From Ruditapes philippinarum (lineage: Eukaryota): 57,201 nucleotides of DNA. A model generated the notes under the pieces. It was not told where the DNA came from and made no database searches. It worked only from the letters and a program-made list of their open reading frames with translations. Positions 1 to 11,079 of this stretch are shown piece after piece; within the stretch, counting starts at the first letter, position 1, and each line of letters starts with the position of its first letter. The translations under genes and the position numbers were made by a program. The DNA is taken from positions 124,001 to 181,201 of the forward strand of contig NW_026858783.1 in the NCBI RefSeq assembly GCF_026571515.1. Reading direction: 5' to 3'.

Positions 1-1355
1 TGTGGTTTAAATCTTTCTTTAATTCACTAGTTTATTTTCATTATCATATTTTTGGTTAATTACAAAGAGTTTATATTACAGTACTTACTGTCAACTTGTT
101 TAGCTTTAAGTAACTTTTAGTTTAGTGTAAGTAAAAACTTTGTTCATTGAAAATTTGGTTGATTTAAATTTATTCAACATTTGTGTTTTATTTCCCTTTG
201 CATTCAAAGGGTGGTGTCATCCTGACGATTAGATTTTTCCTCATAAAAGAGTACTCCTGAGCAAACTAAGAACATTAGGTAATAAGTAACTAATTTCTAT
301 TTATAGAAAACATAATAAGGCTTTTAATTTTCAACACCACAACAATGGTGCCAAGTGGGATAGAGGCCTACTTCTATTTTTAGAAACACTTATTAACATA
401 ATTTTTAATCACCACAACAACATCATATATTGTTCAGATGAATTCATATAAGGATGCATCTATATAATATATTCATGAGTGCACATTGTATAAAGAAAGT
501 GTGACACAACAACGTTCATTTTTATAATCATAAGACAGTCAATGCTTTCCATAAACAGACGCATGTAAAGAAAATGACGTGAGGCGTTTAACGGAGCAAA
601 CAAATACAGCTGAGAGTTATCATTGCGGTGTAACTTTTTGATATTGTAATACAATAAACTTATTGAACGTGAATCTAGAAATATGCCATAAGACAAAAAG
701 CATCTATATATTTCTATGTCAATTTAGAAAAAGCAACTTTATATTTCTATGTCAATTTAGAAATTTACAGAAATTCAATCATAAATTAATACATAGGCTA
801 CAAGAAGTTTAGCAAAGCCAACCAGGCGATCCTGAGCTAGATACTACACAAAGGAGTGTTGCGTTGTAAATCTTTTAACAAAATAAAGATATTTCAATAT
901 TTATTGTCTTTTTTTCCGGTAATGCTACGGGCACTGTAGAGGATCTGTCGATGTTTTATATGTTCTGTTCACCGACCATTAAATCAGAAAGCAATTGACA
1001 TGTTAATAAAACAGGGAAATATTACATTTTACTCAAAGTTTTACTATTCAAAATGTAATTCTGACAAATGTAAGATCAAACTATTATTTCAATCCTCTTG
1101 TAGAAAGTGTGTAATTCTGAAGTACATCCCTATTCTCTGTTTTATATACAAAATGTATATTTACAATGATAAAGAAAAATCATATTTTGGTAATATCTGA
1201 CCTTCTTATTAAAAAAAAAAACATGTATTTTTGTAAATACGGACATTATACAAAGCTCCCGTATATAACGAATGTACGGATCACTGTATATTAGTGATAC
1301 GTATTCCATGTACATCTAAGTATTCAAATTTCACTTATTCTATAATATTCGGAAT

Positions 1356-2529
1356 TCAGCAGACATTTTCACAAAAAATCTTACGACAATTTTTTGTCGT
1401 AAGATAAATCTTACGATAAATCTCCTTTTCACAAAAAATCTTAAGAAAATCTTAAGTGCAAAATCTGTCGTAACTTTACGATAGGTCTTCCCCGTTCGTA
1501 AGTGTAATTTTTTTCTCTCTTAAGGTAAAATATCATGTATCTCTTGCCTAAACTGAATAAAAACAAACAAAAAGTTGGAGGACAACTAAATATTAAGCAA
1601 ACAGTATGCTATAAATAACACAAATTGAGGTGTTATTATTTTTCAACATATACATTTGTGACGTCATGACTTGATGACGTCACGATGGAGAGGGTTATGA
1701 ATAGTTTAAAATAATGTGAACTATACAGTAGACTAGTATTATTGAAAACTTATAATTTGTACAATTGGTGAGTTCGATTTCATTGCCAGCATGTACTTGT
1801 GGTACCTTTTTATTCATAGTAATAACATAGTAGACCTTCTTTCTGAATCTTTTAGATATATATAATTTTCTTCAATCAAGATATAAATTATATCAGTTTT
1901 CAAGAATCCTTTTTTTTTTGTTCTTATTGAAATTTGATTGTGTTCAATAGATATTTCAAGCCCTTGATTACTTGATTTTAAAACCGGAATCAAATATAGA
2001 GCATGCACATCACTATCAAATGAACGTTGCTAAAAGATTCAGAAAGAAGGTCTACTATGTTATTACTATGAATAAAAAGGTACCACAAGTACATGCTGGC
2101 AATGAAATCGAACTCACCAATTGTACAAATTATAAGTTTTCAATAATACTAGTCTACTGTATAGTTCACATTATTTTAAACTATTCATAACCCTCTCCAT
2201 CGTGACGTCATCAAGTCATGACGTCACAAATGTATATGTTGAAAAATAATAACACCTCAATTTGTGTTATTTATAGCATACTGTTTGCTCAATATTTAGT
2301 TGTCCTCCAACTTTTTGTTTGTTTTTATTCAGTTTAGGCAAGAGATACATGATATTTTACCTTAAGAGAGAAAAAAATTACACTTACGAACGGGGAAGAC
2401 CTATCGTAAAGTTACGACAGATTTTGCACTTAAGATTTTCTTAAGATTTTTTGTGAAAAGGAGATTTATCGTAAGATTTATCTTACGACAAAAAATTGTC
2501 GTAAGATTTTTTGTGAAAATGTCTGCTGA
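1356..2529. mobile_element. Foldback / long-TIR non-autonomous DNA transposon (500-bp inverted arms, 174-bp spacer)
   Basis: 1356-1855 (tcagcagacattttcacaaaaaatcttacg...gaatcttttag) is the reverse complement of 2030-2529 (ctaaaagattc...gtgaaaatgtctgctga). I noticed only one mismatch by eye. No coding capacity and no clear direct TSD. Confidence 0.9.
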
Positions 2530-3230
2530 CTTTTATCGAAAGGGATGGGGAAAATAAAATCACGTGTACCGAAAACATTCGTGGACCCCCGAATTTTCTT
2601 AGTCATTTACACTGAGTAAACATTTTAAAGTACGTTAAAAGAATAAAAAATATTTCAGGATTTTTTTAATCAGTCGATTTAAAGCCGAAAAATGCGGCTA
2701 AACTGGACGTAAAATTTAACACAAAATTGACATTTTTTTTTCCATTTTTCAAACATTTTTTCGGCGTAAAACGATAAATTTTATATCAGCTTAAAGTAAA
2801 GAATAATTTCCGTCGAATGCTGTAGAATTAAAGATATTTTGCCCGCCTATGGCGTTGAAATAACTATAACAGCTGCCAAGGATACGCAACGACGTCATGT
2901 TCAAAAACTGGCTTTGATGGTCAACTTTGACGCCGTGTGCACAAACAGTGGCTGAAACTATTGAACTAAAATTAACAGAACCTAATCAGAAATGTGATCA
3001 ACTTTTGCATGCCAATTTTCAAGACTCTACTCGAAAGTTCGCAAAGTGTCGCGTTCTACCTTATTTCGTATTTTGAAACGGAGCATGCGCAAAACAATAT
3101 TGGTAGACTGCTCCTGATGATTTACGCTATAAATGAGATTCATTCACTACAATCAGATACCCAAAAAATGGAAGCCGCCAGCAATCAGTCTGAACACTGT
3201 GGAGTGGTCTGATGACCTCTCCAATAATTG

Positions 3231-3357
3231 TATCGTTACATCCAACTTGCCGACAAGAGCTATGAATACTGTCATATCCCGCTTGCTTACAGAAGCTCTT
3301 CATATCGTTATATTCAACTTGCCGACAGAAGATATACAACCGTCATAACCCACTTAC
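3231..3357. repeat. Degenerate short tandem repeat (~36-bp monomer / ~72-bp dimer)
   Basis: tatcgttacatccaacttgccgaca at ~3231 recurs as tatcgttatattcaacttgccgaca at ~3303, with related gtcata..cc.ctt.c units in between and after. Confidence 0.55.
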
Positions 3358-3607
3358 CATATAGCTTATACATATTACCGTTATTATACACACACTTTAC
3401 AAATTGCTGTTTCAATTTTGCAGACAGATGCTATATATTCCCTGCTATTAAAAAGAATAATACAATTTTATTCAACTCGTTTGATAGTATTGTACCTATA
3501 TCTACAAATATTTCACGCGTTTTGTTAGTAAAATATTTGTCTACATGTATTTATAACGTTTTAATGTGATTCCGCTTTGTCAGCCATGTTTGTATTCATA
3601 AAGTCTG

Positions 3608-3697
3608 TTTTGGTAAATATACGTCACTGTGAAAACAACAACATAATCATGTACAATGTTTTATTGATAAACATTCAATACTTAACATATGCCATAT
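3608..3697 (-). repeat. Split direct repeat B2 (3' terminus of PAT-like element)
   Basis: 90 bp, matches 3845-3934 with one mismatch (ttattgataa vs ttatttataa). Confidence 0.95.
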
Positions 3698-3766
3698 TCT
3701 CCACATGTCATTCCACATCTGTATTATACTCATAGGCCTATCATTCAACCAATTAAACAGAGCACC

Positions 3767-3934
3767 TGAACAAGTCGAGAACAAATTAATACGTCACACT
3801 TATGTGTGACGTCATATGAATAGTTGTTGATCACGTGACTACTATTTTGGTAAATATACGTCACTGTGAAAACAACAACATAATCATGTACAATGTTTTA
3901 TTTATAAACATTCAATACTTAACATATGCCATAT
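3767..3934 (-). repeat. Internal B1-A2 junction (B1 3845-3934, A2 3767-3845)
   Basis: Copies of both element ends abut, sharing the base at 3845. This reproduces the junction expected in a circular intermediate. Confidence 0.95.
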
Positions 3935-4076
3935 GTAATGAGTAAAAACAGAAAAAAATAATACAAAAAAAAAAATATAAAAAAATACAATAAAAATAAA
4001 ATAAATGTATGTACTTATTTGTACAAATCATAGTAACCTACTATACTTGCATGTGCTAGCATTGAATAAAATGTCC

Positions 4077-5105
4077 TTAATCGTGAAATATAACATCGTC
4101 AGTGAAATTATCAGGCGTTCTTGCATGAACATAATGAGCGAAAAAACCTCAGAATCCTTCCAACGACCAACTTTTCTTACTATTTCTGGATTAATACCCT
4201 TTTCAATGGCAGAAGTAGCACCAGTGGGGCGAAATGATTTTGCTGAAAAACCTTGACCACCAAGACCAGCTTACGTTATAGCTTCTTCTAGTACCTTAGC
4301 TATTGAACTAGCCACTAAAGCCTTATAAGGGGGTCTTAAAGTAAGGAAAATAGCATTGTCAGAAGACCTATAATTTTTTGTTCTCTCAATGTAATCCTGC
4401 AGGGTTTGAACAGGATCTAACTTTACAATACTGGCGCGAGGCAATACAATCTCAAAACCTGTACGTTTAGTATCATTCTTGATACCAAAAAATTGAATTT
4501 TGGCATCTTCATCAGAAAATGCAACTTGATCAACAGCAAAAACCACCTTCCTAACACCATCTGTGTCAACAGTCTGAGCATTAGGAGCTATCTCAGATGG
4601 TCTTAACATAGCTGTCAAGGCAAGCAGAGTAATGGCTTTAAGTCTCAGGGCTTTAATATCTAATGTATTGTTGTCCTCCCATTTCAAAAACAAATCATGA
4701 AAACTACTTGTAGGCATAACCTTAGACCTTTGCATGGGCCTGGAAGTACCTGACTTAACAAGAGCACAAATCAGCATCTTAATCTCATAACTATCAGCAA
4801 TGTTTGGTAAACTTTGAACTTTATATATATGACCAATAGCAGCTGTAGCAGTACGTAATACTGAGTTAGGCCTTTGTGACTGACACCCTATCAAAAATAA
4901 AAAAATCTGCAAGATCTTTGTTGGCTAACGGAGGTAAAGGACATGGTCTAGACAGGCAAAAATCATACAGTTTCTCTAATATGTGGTTATATGAACGAAG
5001 CGTACTTGGAGCAATACAAAACTGAAATCTAGCAGAAACCTCTAATGACCAGCCCTTAAGTTCAAGTTTGTGCCTCCATATATCCTCCAAGCATACAGGG
5101 CCCAT
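4077..5105 (-). pseudogene. Tyrosine recombinase of PAT-like element (disrupted)
   Basis: N-terminal APSTLRSY helix; LLALTAMLRPSE (catalytic R), GIKND, SAKSFRPTGAT (R), VGRW and HY motifs. Frameshift in a T-run at ~4900, in-frame TAA at 4271-4273, frameshift in a T-run at ~4141-4146 just before the catalytic Tyr; stop at 4077-4079. Confidence 0.88.
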
Positions 5106-6920
5106 TTTCTGTTGCGGCAGGGTTCCGCTACTCCCATTGACCGACATACTCTCGGATTGTTTGGTAACCTCAATGGTGGGGAAATGGACATTTTGACTAG
5201 ACGGTGAAACCAAGTCTGACCTAACCATTTTGGGGCTATCACAGTTGCATATGCTTTTTGTGTTTGAATAACATCTAACACTTTGTGAAGTAAGCAAAAT
5301 GGGCGTTTACAAAGTTGTTTTTCTAAGTGCCAGTTGACCTGAGAAAGAGCGTCCACTGCTTCGGACAATGGTTCCCAGTACCGACTGTTGAACCTCTCTA
5401 ACTGACTGTTCTGACAATTTGCAAAGCGGTCGATGGTATGAGGACCCCAAAGTTTGTCTTGATATTTGAACAAATGCCGGTTTAACATCCAATTGTGTTT
5501 GTGGGGTGTCCTTGACCAATAATCCGACTCCCGATTGTTTACCCCTGATATATGTGCACACTTGACTTTGAGTCCAAGATCTATTGCTTCTGCCATATTG
5601 CTATTGCTAAATTGGTAAGGGATGGACTTGGACCCCATGTGGTTTATATAAGCCACGGCTGATATATTGTCTGTTAAAATCTGAATACTCTTTCCCGAAT
5701 AAGGCTGAAAAAGCTTTTAAAGCCATTAGTATAGCAAACATTTCTCTCTCGTTCGAAGACAGGTACGACATTCTTTTGTTCCAGTCGCCCGAAGCAACGT
5801 GACCTTTGTAAATAGCTCCCCAACCCAGATGGCTGGCATCCGTAACAATCTGACCTTGAACTACTTCTGTACATATTACTTTTTCATTCCAGTAATCAAC
5901 AGATTCTAACCACCAATTAAGTTCTTGTAACCCTTCAGGTGTAAGTGTAACCTGATTGGACCAACAACCCTTACACTTAGAAAGTAAACGATATGTGTTC
6001 CTGAGAAAAAGCTTGCCAGGAGATACAACCCAAGATACAGATATGCACTGACCACAAATTTGCGCTAAAAACCTAAATGTAATACGCTTGAGGTGTAACG
6101 CTTTACGTATGCTACGCTTTAGTTTAGAGGTACGAACAGAAAGCGCCTTGACTCTTACATTTTCTACAGTGCTGTAAATAGAATACCCAATATATTTAAT
6201 AGATCTAGAAGGATTAAGTTGTGATTTATCAAAATTGATAGTAAAACCCAACTCAGTCAATGTTTGTTATAACTGGTCAACGTGATCAGTAGCAGTTGAC
6301 CTACTAAAAGCCAACAGAAAATCGTCAACAAACGCAGTAACACGTAATCCAATAGATCTAAGATAAACAATAACAGTGCGGATAACTTTGTTAAAATAAT
6401 ATGGACTTGCACATAAACCAAAAGGTAGAACTTTCCATCTGTAATATGAATTATCAAACCTAAAACCTAAAAAATCTCTACAGTTTACAGCAACAGGAAT
6501 GTGAAAAAAGCCATCTTTTATATCAGTTGTGACAAAATAATCTCCAGGTTTAATCAAATTAACAGTATCTCTAATGTCTTCATTTCTGTATTTGGGCACA
6601 GTACAATAAGAGTTTAGTTTTCGCAAATCTGTGATGAGACGAAGATTGTTGTTCTTTTTTGGTACACAATGAATGGGATTAACACACGTTGGTTTTATAT
6701 CACATTTTTCAATACAATCAGCGTCAATAAGCCGCGATATTTCGTGTCTAAGAAAAATGTACTCCTTCCGACTGTAAGAGTTATTATTAAGTTCAAAACT
6801 AACACTTACTGGTGACGAAAAAGGTATTTCTATTCCATTGTTTATCCAGTTCAAAATGTAGGACGGTGCGTTGATATTTTTCCACGCGTCTAAATGATTC
6901 CGAAGCGTACTAATACACAT
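5042..6920 (-). pseudogene. pol of PAT-like element: reverse transcriptase + RNase H + N6-adenine methyltransferase-like domain (disrupted)
   Basis: RT: LRLITDLRKLN, TDIKDGFFHI, VLPFGL, FVDD. RNase H: TDASHLGWG, SNEREMFA, TDNISAVAYIN, HISGVNNRESDYWSR. MT-like: WGPHTIDRFA, VDALSQ, (N)xPF, VIAPKW..QTWF. In-frame TAA at 6267-6269 and several homopolymer frameshifts. Confidence 0.92.
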
Positions 6921-6943
6921 TTAATGTTAAAGGGAAAAAACTC

Positions 6944-7738
6944 TTATATCGACTCCGAACCTTGCACGTTTGAGTTGTCCTCCCTTGGTTGCCTTCGATT
7001 AGGAAATTGCCTATTAGCAAAACTCTGGAAAACGTCACGATCCTGTCTATATGAAAACGAACCTCGTCCTCGGCCACGACCATAAAAATACGACTGTCCA
7101 CGGCGTCCTCGCTCGTCGCCAGATCCAGATGAACGTCCAGCTGCAGCTAATGTTGCTGCTGATCGCAATGTTTCCAATGAAGTTTGGTCGAAACCCGAAG
7201 TATTTCTCTGAAGACTGCAGAATATTTTGGCAGTTGACGTGTCAAATTGACCTTTAACAAGTAAGGCAGCAAACTCCTCTTGAAGATATTTAACCTGTGC
7301 GTGATGAATAAGAAATAAGTTGTCCAAAGTTTCTTGATCTAAAGAACTGCCAGCTTCCAAAGTTCCCAACAGTTTTATGCCAGTTTCACAATACCGACCA
7401 CATTTTACAATGACATTCAATAGAGGTTGATCACTTCTCTTAATACCTTGTCTACTGTCATTTAATCTCAGTTCTGCCGGAATTTTTACCTTACTCAAAC
7501 TGTCCTTCAACGATTGGAACTCCGCCTATAAGTCCAGCTGATTACTAGTAGCGCCCGTCGCTGAAGACAAAAATGGCGGATTACTAGCGCCCACGAGGCC
7601 TAAAGCTGGAGGAATGGAATCCTCAGAGCGTCGCTCTTGCGCGAATCTGGTCTCAGATAAACCTTTCTCAATGTTTCTAAGTCGATTATCAAATGAACTC
7701 ATAAATTCATCAAACTTATTTTCAAGAGAATCAGACAT
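6944..7738 (-). pseudogene. gag-like ORF1 of PAT-like element (one internal stop)
   Basis: ORFs 7526-7807 and 6944-7510 are in the same frame, separated only by TAG at 7526-7528. ATG at 7738 (MSDSLENKF), coiled-coil-like N-terminus, RG-rich C-terminus, positioned 5' of RT. Confidence 0.8.
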
Positions 7739-7789
7739 AATCCGAAACTTTTGTCCAAAGCACAAAAAATGCACGTCCTGACTGTGGAA

Positions 7790-7868
7790 TGAACAAGTCG
7801 AGAACAAATTAATACGTCACACTTATGTGTGACGTCATATGAATAGTTGTTGATCACGTGACTACTAT
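7790..7868 (-). repeat. Split direct repeat A1 (5' terminus of PAT-like element)
   Basis: 79 bp identical to 3767-3845. Contains hairpin acgtcacac/gtgtgacgt, TGACGTCA and TCACGTGA. Confidence 0.95.
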
Positions 7869-9534
7869 CCAAAGTGAAAGTAGGCCAAAATTCACATAAC
7901 AACAAAGCTCATATTGTAAAATGATGAACCATTTGAAAGTACACGTCCAGGTTTATATTTTAAGGACAATTATAAACAAAAATAAACATGAAAACAATAA
8001 GAATATTTACCTTGGATGTGCTACATTTCTGAAGACCAGGAACATTCTGTTACAAAGTTTTATTCCCAAACCAGTAACAAAATTAATAAATTTAATATAG
8101 AAATTCTTGCCAGCAAAGTGTTTTCAAAAAGTGAACAAAGCCCGTCAACAGATACAAAAGCTGTCTAAACAAGTGTTACAAAATATTAGGCATAATTTGG
8201 AAAATTGGTTTTAGTGGCACAAATATAATGATTTTGTTTGATTAAAAAAATTTGATCAATTCGTGTCTGAACTATGAGGTTGAAAGATTTAAAGACACGT
8301 TAGCTTTATTCTAAAGAGACTATTTAAAAAAAAACAAAGCGGAAAAAGTTTCAAACACAGTGATCTTGTGAAAGACACAATAGGAATTGAGTAAATATCT
8401 TATAGCGTCGCAGAGGACGATGTACTTCTGCTGAATAAGTTAAAGATTTTATGGAAATAATTACAACATATTTTAGAAATAACATGAATACTTAACTGGA
8501 AAGGTGCATAAACCAGAAACAAATGCATTGTGACATGATTCATAAAAAAGCCCTGGCTAAATCAAAAGAACAACTGCTGTCGTCTACATGTGTTTCAACG
8601 AAAGACATTAAAGACGACACATCTTACATATATAAAAAAGTAAACTAAAAAAAATAAACAAACAAAAACAAACAAACAAGAAATAAACAAACAACATCAA
8701 CAAGAACATTTTTAATTTATTTTTGGGTCTTGGGTCCTTTTTGTCCGTAATTCTTTAAACAAATATACAAGGACCTCGCTTGTGTGACAGTATTTTATCG
8801 CCATTTATAGCGCATGTATATACTGTTCCGCTGTGAATATTAAACAAGAATTTGTTTGGTTAAGATAATAATCGGAATACATTGACCGATCGCATAATAC
8901 ATTTCTTATCTTCATTCACCTGTCACTTCATAATCAAAATAGCTCACTTTACTTGACCTCTGCTTCTACAACCAATATTTTTAAAATATTTACGTACATA
9001 GAGGGCTCTAGTTCAATTTAGACTTCGCAGATCGATAGAAAATTTTGAAATTTATAAGGAAATAATAAACGTTTTCTGTTTATTTCGTAGGAATCGACCG
9101 GAAATCGTGTTTGTATAAATGAATAGATTGAAAGTCGAAAACGACATGGATTGAAAATATTGGCATTTAGTGGAGCTTTTACTCATTTCGTTGCTACTTG
9201 AAGAATGTTAATGAATTAAAAAGCGTTAAAGCTTGGATTGATCCTTTCGATAGTCGACCAGAAAGAGATAACCGTGATCTGGTCGTTTCTTGCCGCAGTG
9301 TCCTTGTTTGTTCAGTATGATGTTTTTGTTCTGTTGGAGACCTTATATCTTTATAGTATTATAGTATACAACCCATATAAAACTTTAAAAACTTTGTTTA
9401 AAGCACCTGTGAGATGACGTCATTTTACCATTATGAATGGAGTTGTAAGTTCATACGATTCTAAAAGAAAACAGTGCGTAATGAGAAAATTAGTTTTCGT
9501 AATTTCTCTTCTGAAAAATAATTGATATGCAATA

Positions 9535-9700
9535 TGCAAGAAAAAGAATCAAACACCGGTTGTCGGTACAGAAGGGAATATCTAGTTCTCGCGTCACAGT
9601 TTAGCGGAAGTTCGGCCGAGACTCGTTACCGCCCTAAGCAGTTACACTCGAGCTAGATATTGAAGTCCTTACCGGCAGCCAGTGTAAGTTTCTTATATTC
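9535..9700. mobile_element. Imperfect palindromic repeat remnant, resembling non-autonomous Crypton-type elements
   Basis: Loose dyad symmetry (accggttgtcggta...atatctagttctcg / cgagctagatat...taccggcagccagtg) around a GC-rich centre. Family assignment is by resemblance only. Confidence 0.35.
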
Positions 9701-10135
9701 TTGTAAAATTCAAAAGGGTTAAACATAGGAACAAGCCGTGAACATTGCAAGTTATGGCGGCAAGTCATACAGTAGACACAACATGCGTTCTTTTCACAAA
9801 ACCCGGGATTATTTGCAAAAACAAAACAAAACAAAAACAACAACATTTATCACGAGTGTCTGCCCATATCAGCAAAGTCCTTCATCACAGCTTATTAATG
9901 CAATTGATGCAGCATCCCGTTCAGAGCTTAAATGTCTGGAAAACTCTTAATGAGTAATTAATTCAGTCATTCATATACTCTCTACTCCAGAAAATATGTA
10001 GACAAAAGTTCACCCTATCGTACAAGCAATTTTATAGGTACTATGAACGACAATGGTTTAATAAATAATTAAAAACGATGCATACAGAACAAAAAGATAT
10101 TCCTATAGATAATGCTTACTAATGTTTGCTAAAAC

Positions 10136-10268
10136 CAGGGGCGGCAAAATCAATTGTCCGTATTGTCCAGGTTGTCCCCTGCCTATACAGACAAGTGGAA
10201 ATTTTCTAAAATTTTCTACATAAGTATCATACGGACAAGTAAGTCAAAATCAGATTTTGCCGGCCCTG
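10136..10268. mobile_element. 133-bp MITE, hAT-like CAGGG termini, 5-bp TSD
   Basis: TIRs caggggcggcaaaatc / gattttgccggccctg (1 mismatch in 16); flanked on both sides by aaaac (10131-10135, 10269-10273). Confidence 0.75.
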
Positions 10269-10308
10269 AAAACGTATAGATTGTATAATAAAAATTACTC
10301 ACAAATAC

Positions 10309-10506
10309 TATAATATATATCAAGTCTTGTCTTTAGATATATTTTTTATCTGGATGGAGAAATAACTCCTCTAACCTTAAAGGTAAAATTTGATATACAT
10401 TACCGGTCTTTATTATATGACGTCATAAGTTTATGTGTACTCACGACTAGACATTTCTGGAAACTCAGGGAGGAAGGTCAGAAATGTTTTCCTCAGTTTT
10501 TAAATT
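10309..10506 (+). repeat. Ngaro split direct repeat A1
   Basis: 198 bp, colinear with 15691-15888; about 16 mismatches by manual count. Confidence 0.93.
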
Positions 10507-11079
10507 TCTTAAAGTTAGTTACAAGTTCCTTATATTGTCTTATTCGGGTATTAATTACTTTAGAATATCTTGAACGTTACGTTGCCCGAATTATATCCAG
10601 TAATTTTTCTTCTTTTATCGCTAAATTGCTATTTATTCTCATTTTCAAGTCGAAGCACGTGGGGTAGAAGTGACAATGGCGTGGCAGCCATTTTTCACTG
10701 TTTAAGTGCATCGTATTATAATAACATATATTTTAAAAATTTTATCAACAAATTTATTCGAATGAAAGTAAATGCTAGTAACTTAAGGAATTTTTATAGA
10801 ATTCCTTAGAATCCACAGACCACGTGGTGTCTTAGCAGTGCAAGCCACATAATGCACATTTTTATAATATTCATAGATTTAGTTCAGAACCGTTCTTAAA
10901 ATTTCAACATTAATTGATAAAAGAATTGATAAAATAATTTACTTATAAATGAATAAATTTGAATAATATGAATGAAATTAAGAATTATTGCAATAAATAA
11001 CATGTTGCTTCATTTATTAAATTTGCTGAACATTCCACTTTTAATTTCTGTTTTAATTTATTTTACATATACGGCCAAT

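Larger units (their letters stand above)
3608..7868 (-). mobile_element. PAT-like tyrosine-recombinase retrotransposon (DIRS order), full length, split direct repeats A1-ORFs-B1-A2-B2
   Basis: Ordered gag, RT, RNase H, MT-like and YR domains on the minus strand, bounded by repeat A (7790-7868 = 3767-3845) and repeat B (3845-3934 ~ 3608-3697). Split direct repeats plus an MT-like domain is the PAT-like configuration. Confidence 0.92.

Noticed and set aside
1814-2190. ORFs in the centre of the foldback as a transposase remnant
   Set aside because: Short, with no recognisable DDE or DNA-binding motifs.
4077-6920. Prophage integrase / bacterial retron or restriction-modification system
   Set aside because: The RT, RNase H, MT and YR order plus split direct repeats identify a eukaryotic DIRS-order retrotransposon.
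8011-8046. 36-nt minus-strand micro-exon candidate (cag/...AAG/gtaaat)
   Set aside because: Good splice signals but no partner exons or recognisable peptide; cannot be supported without transcripts.
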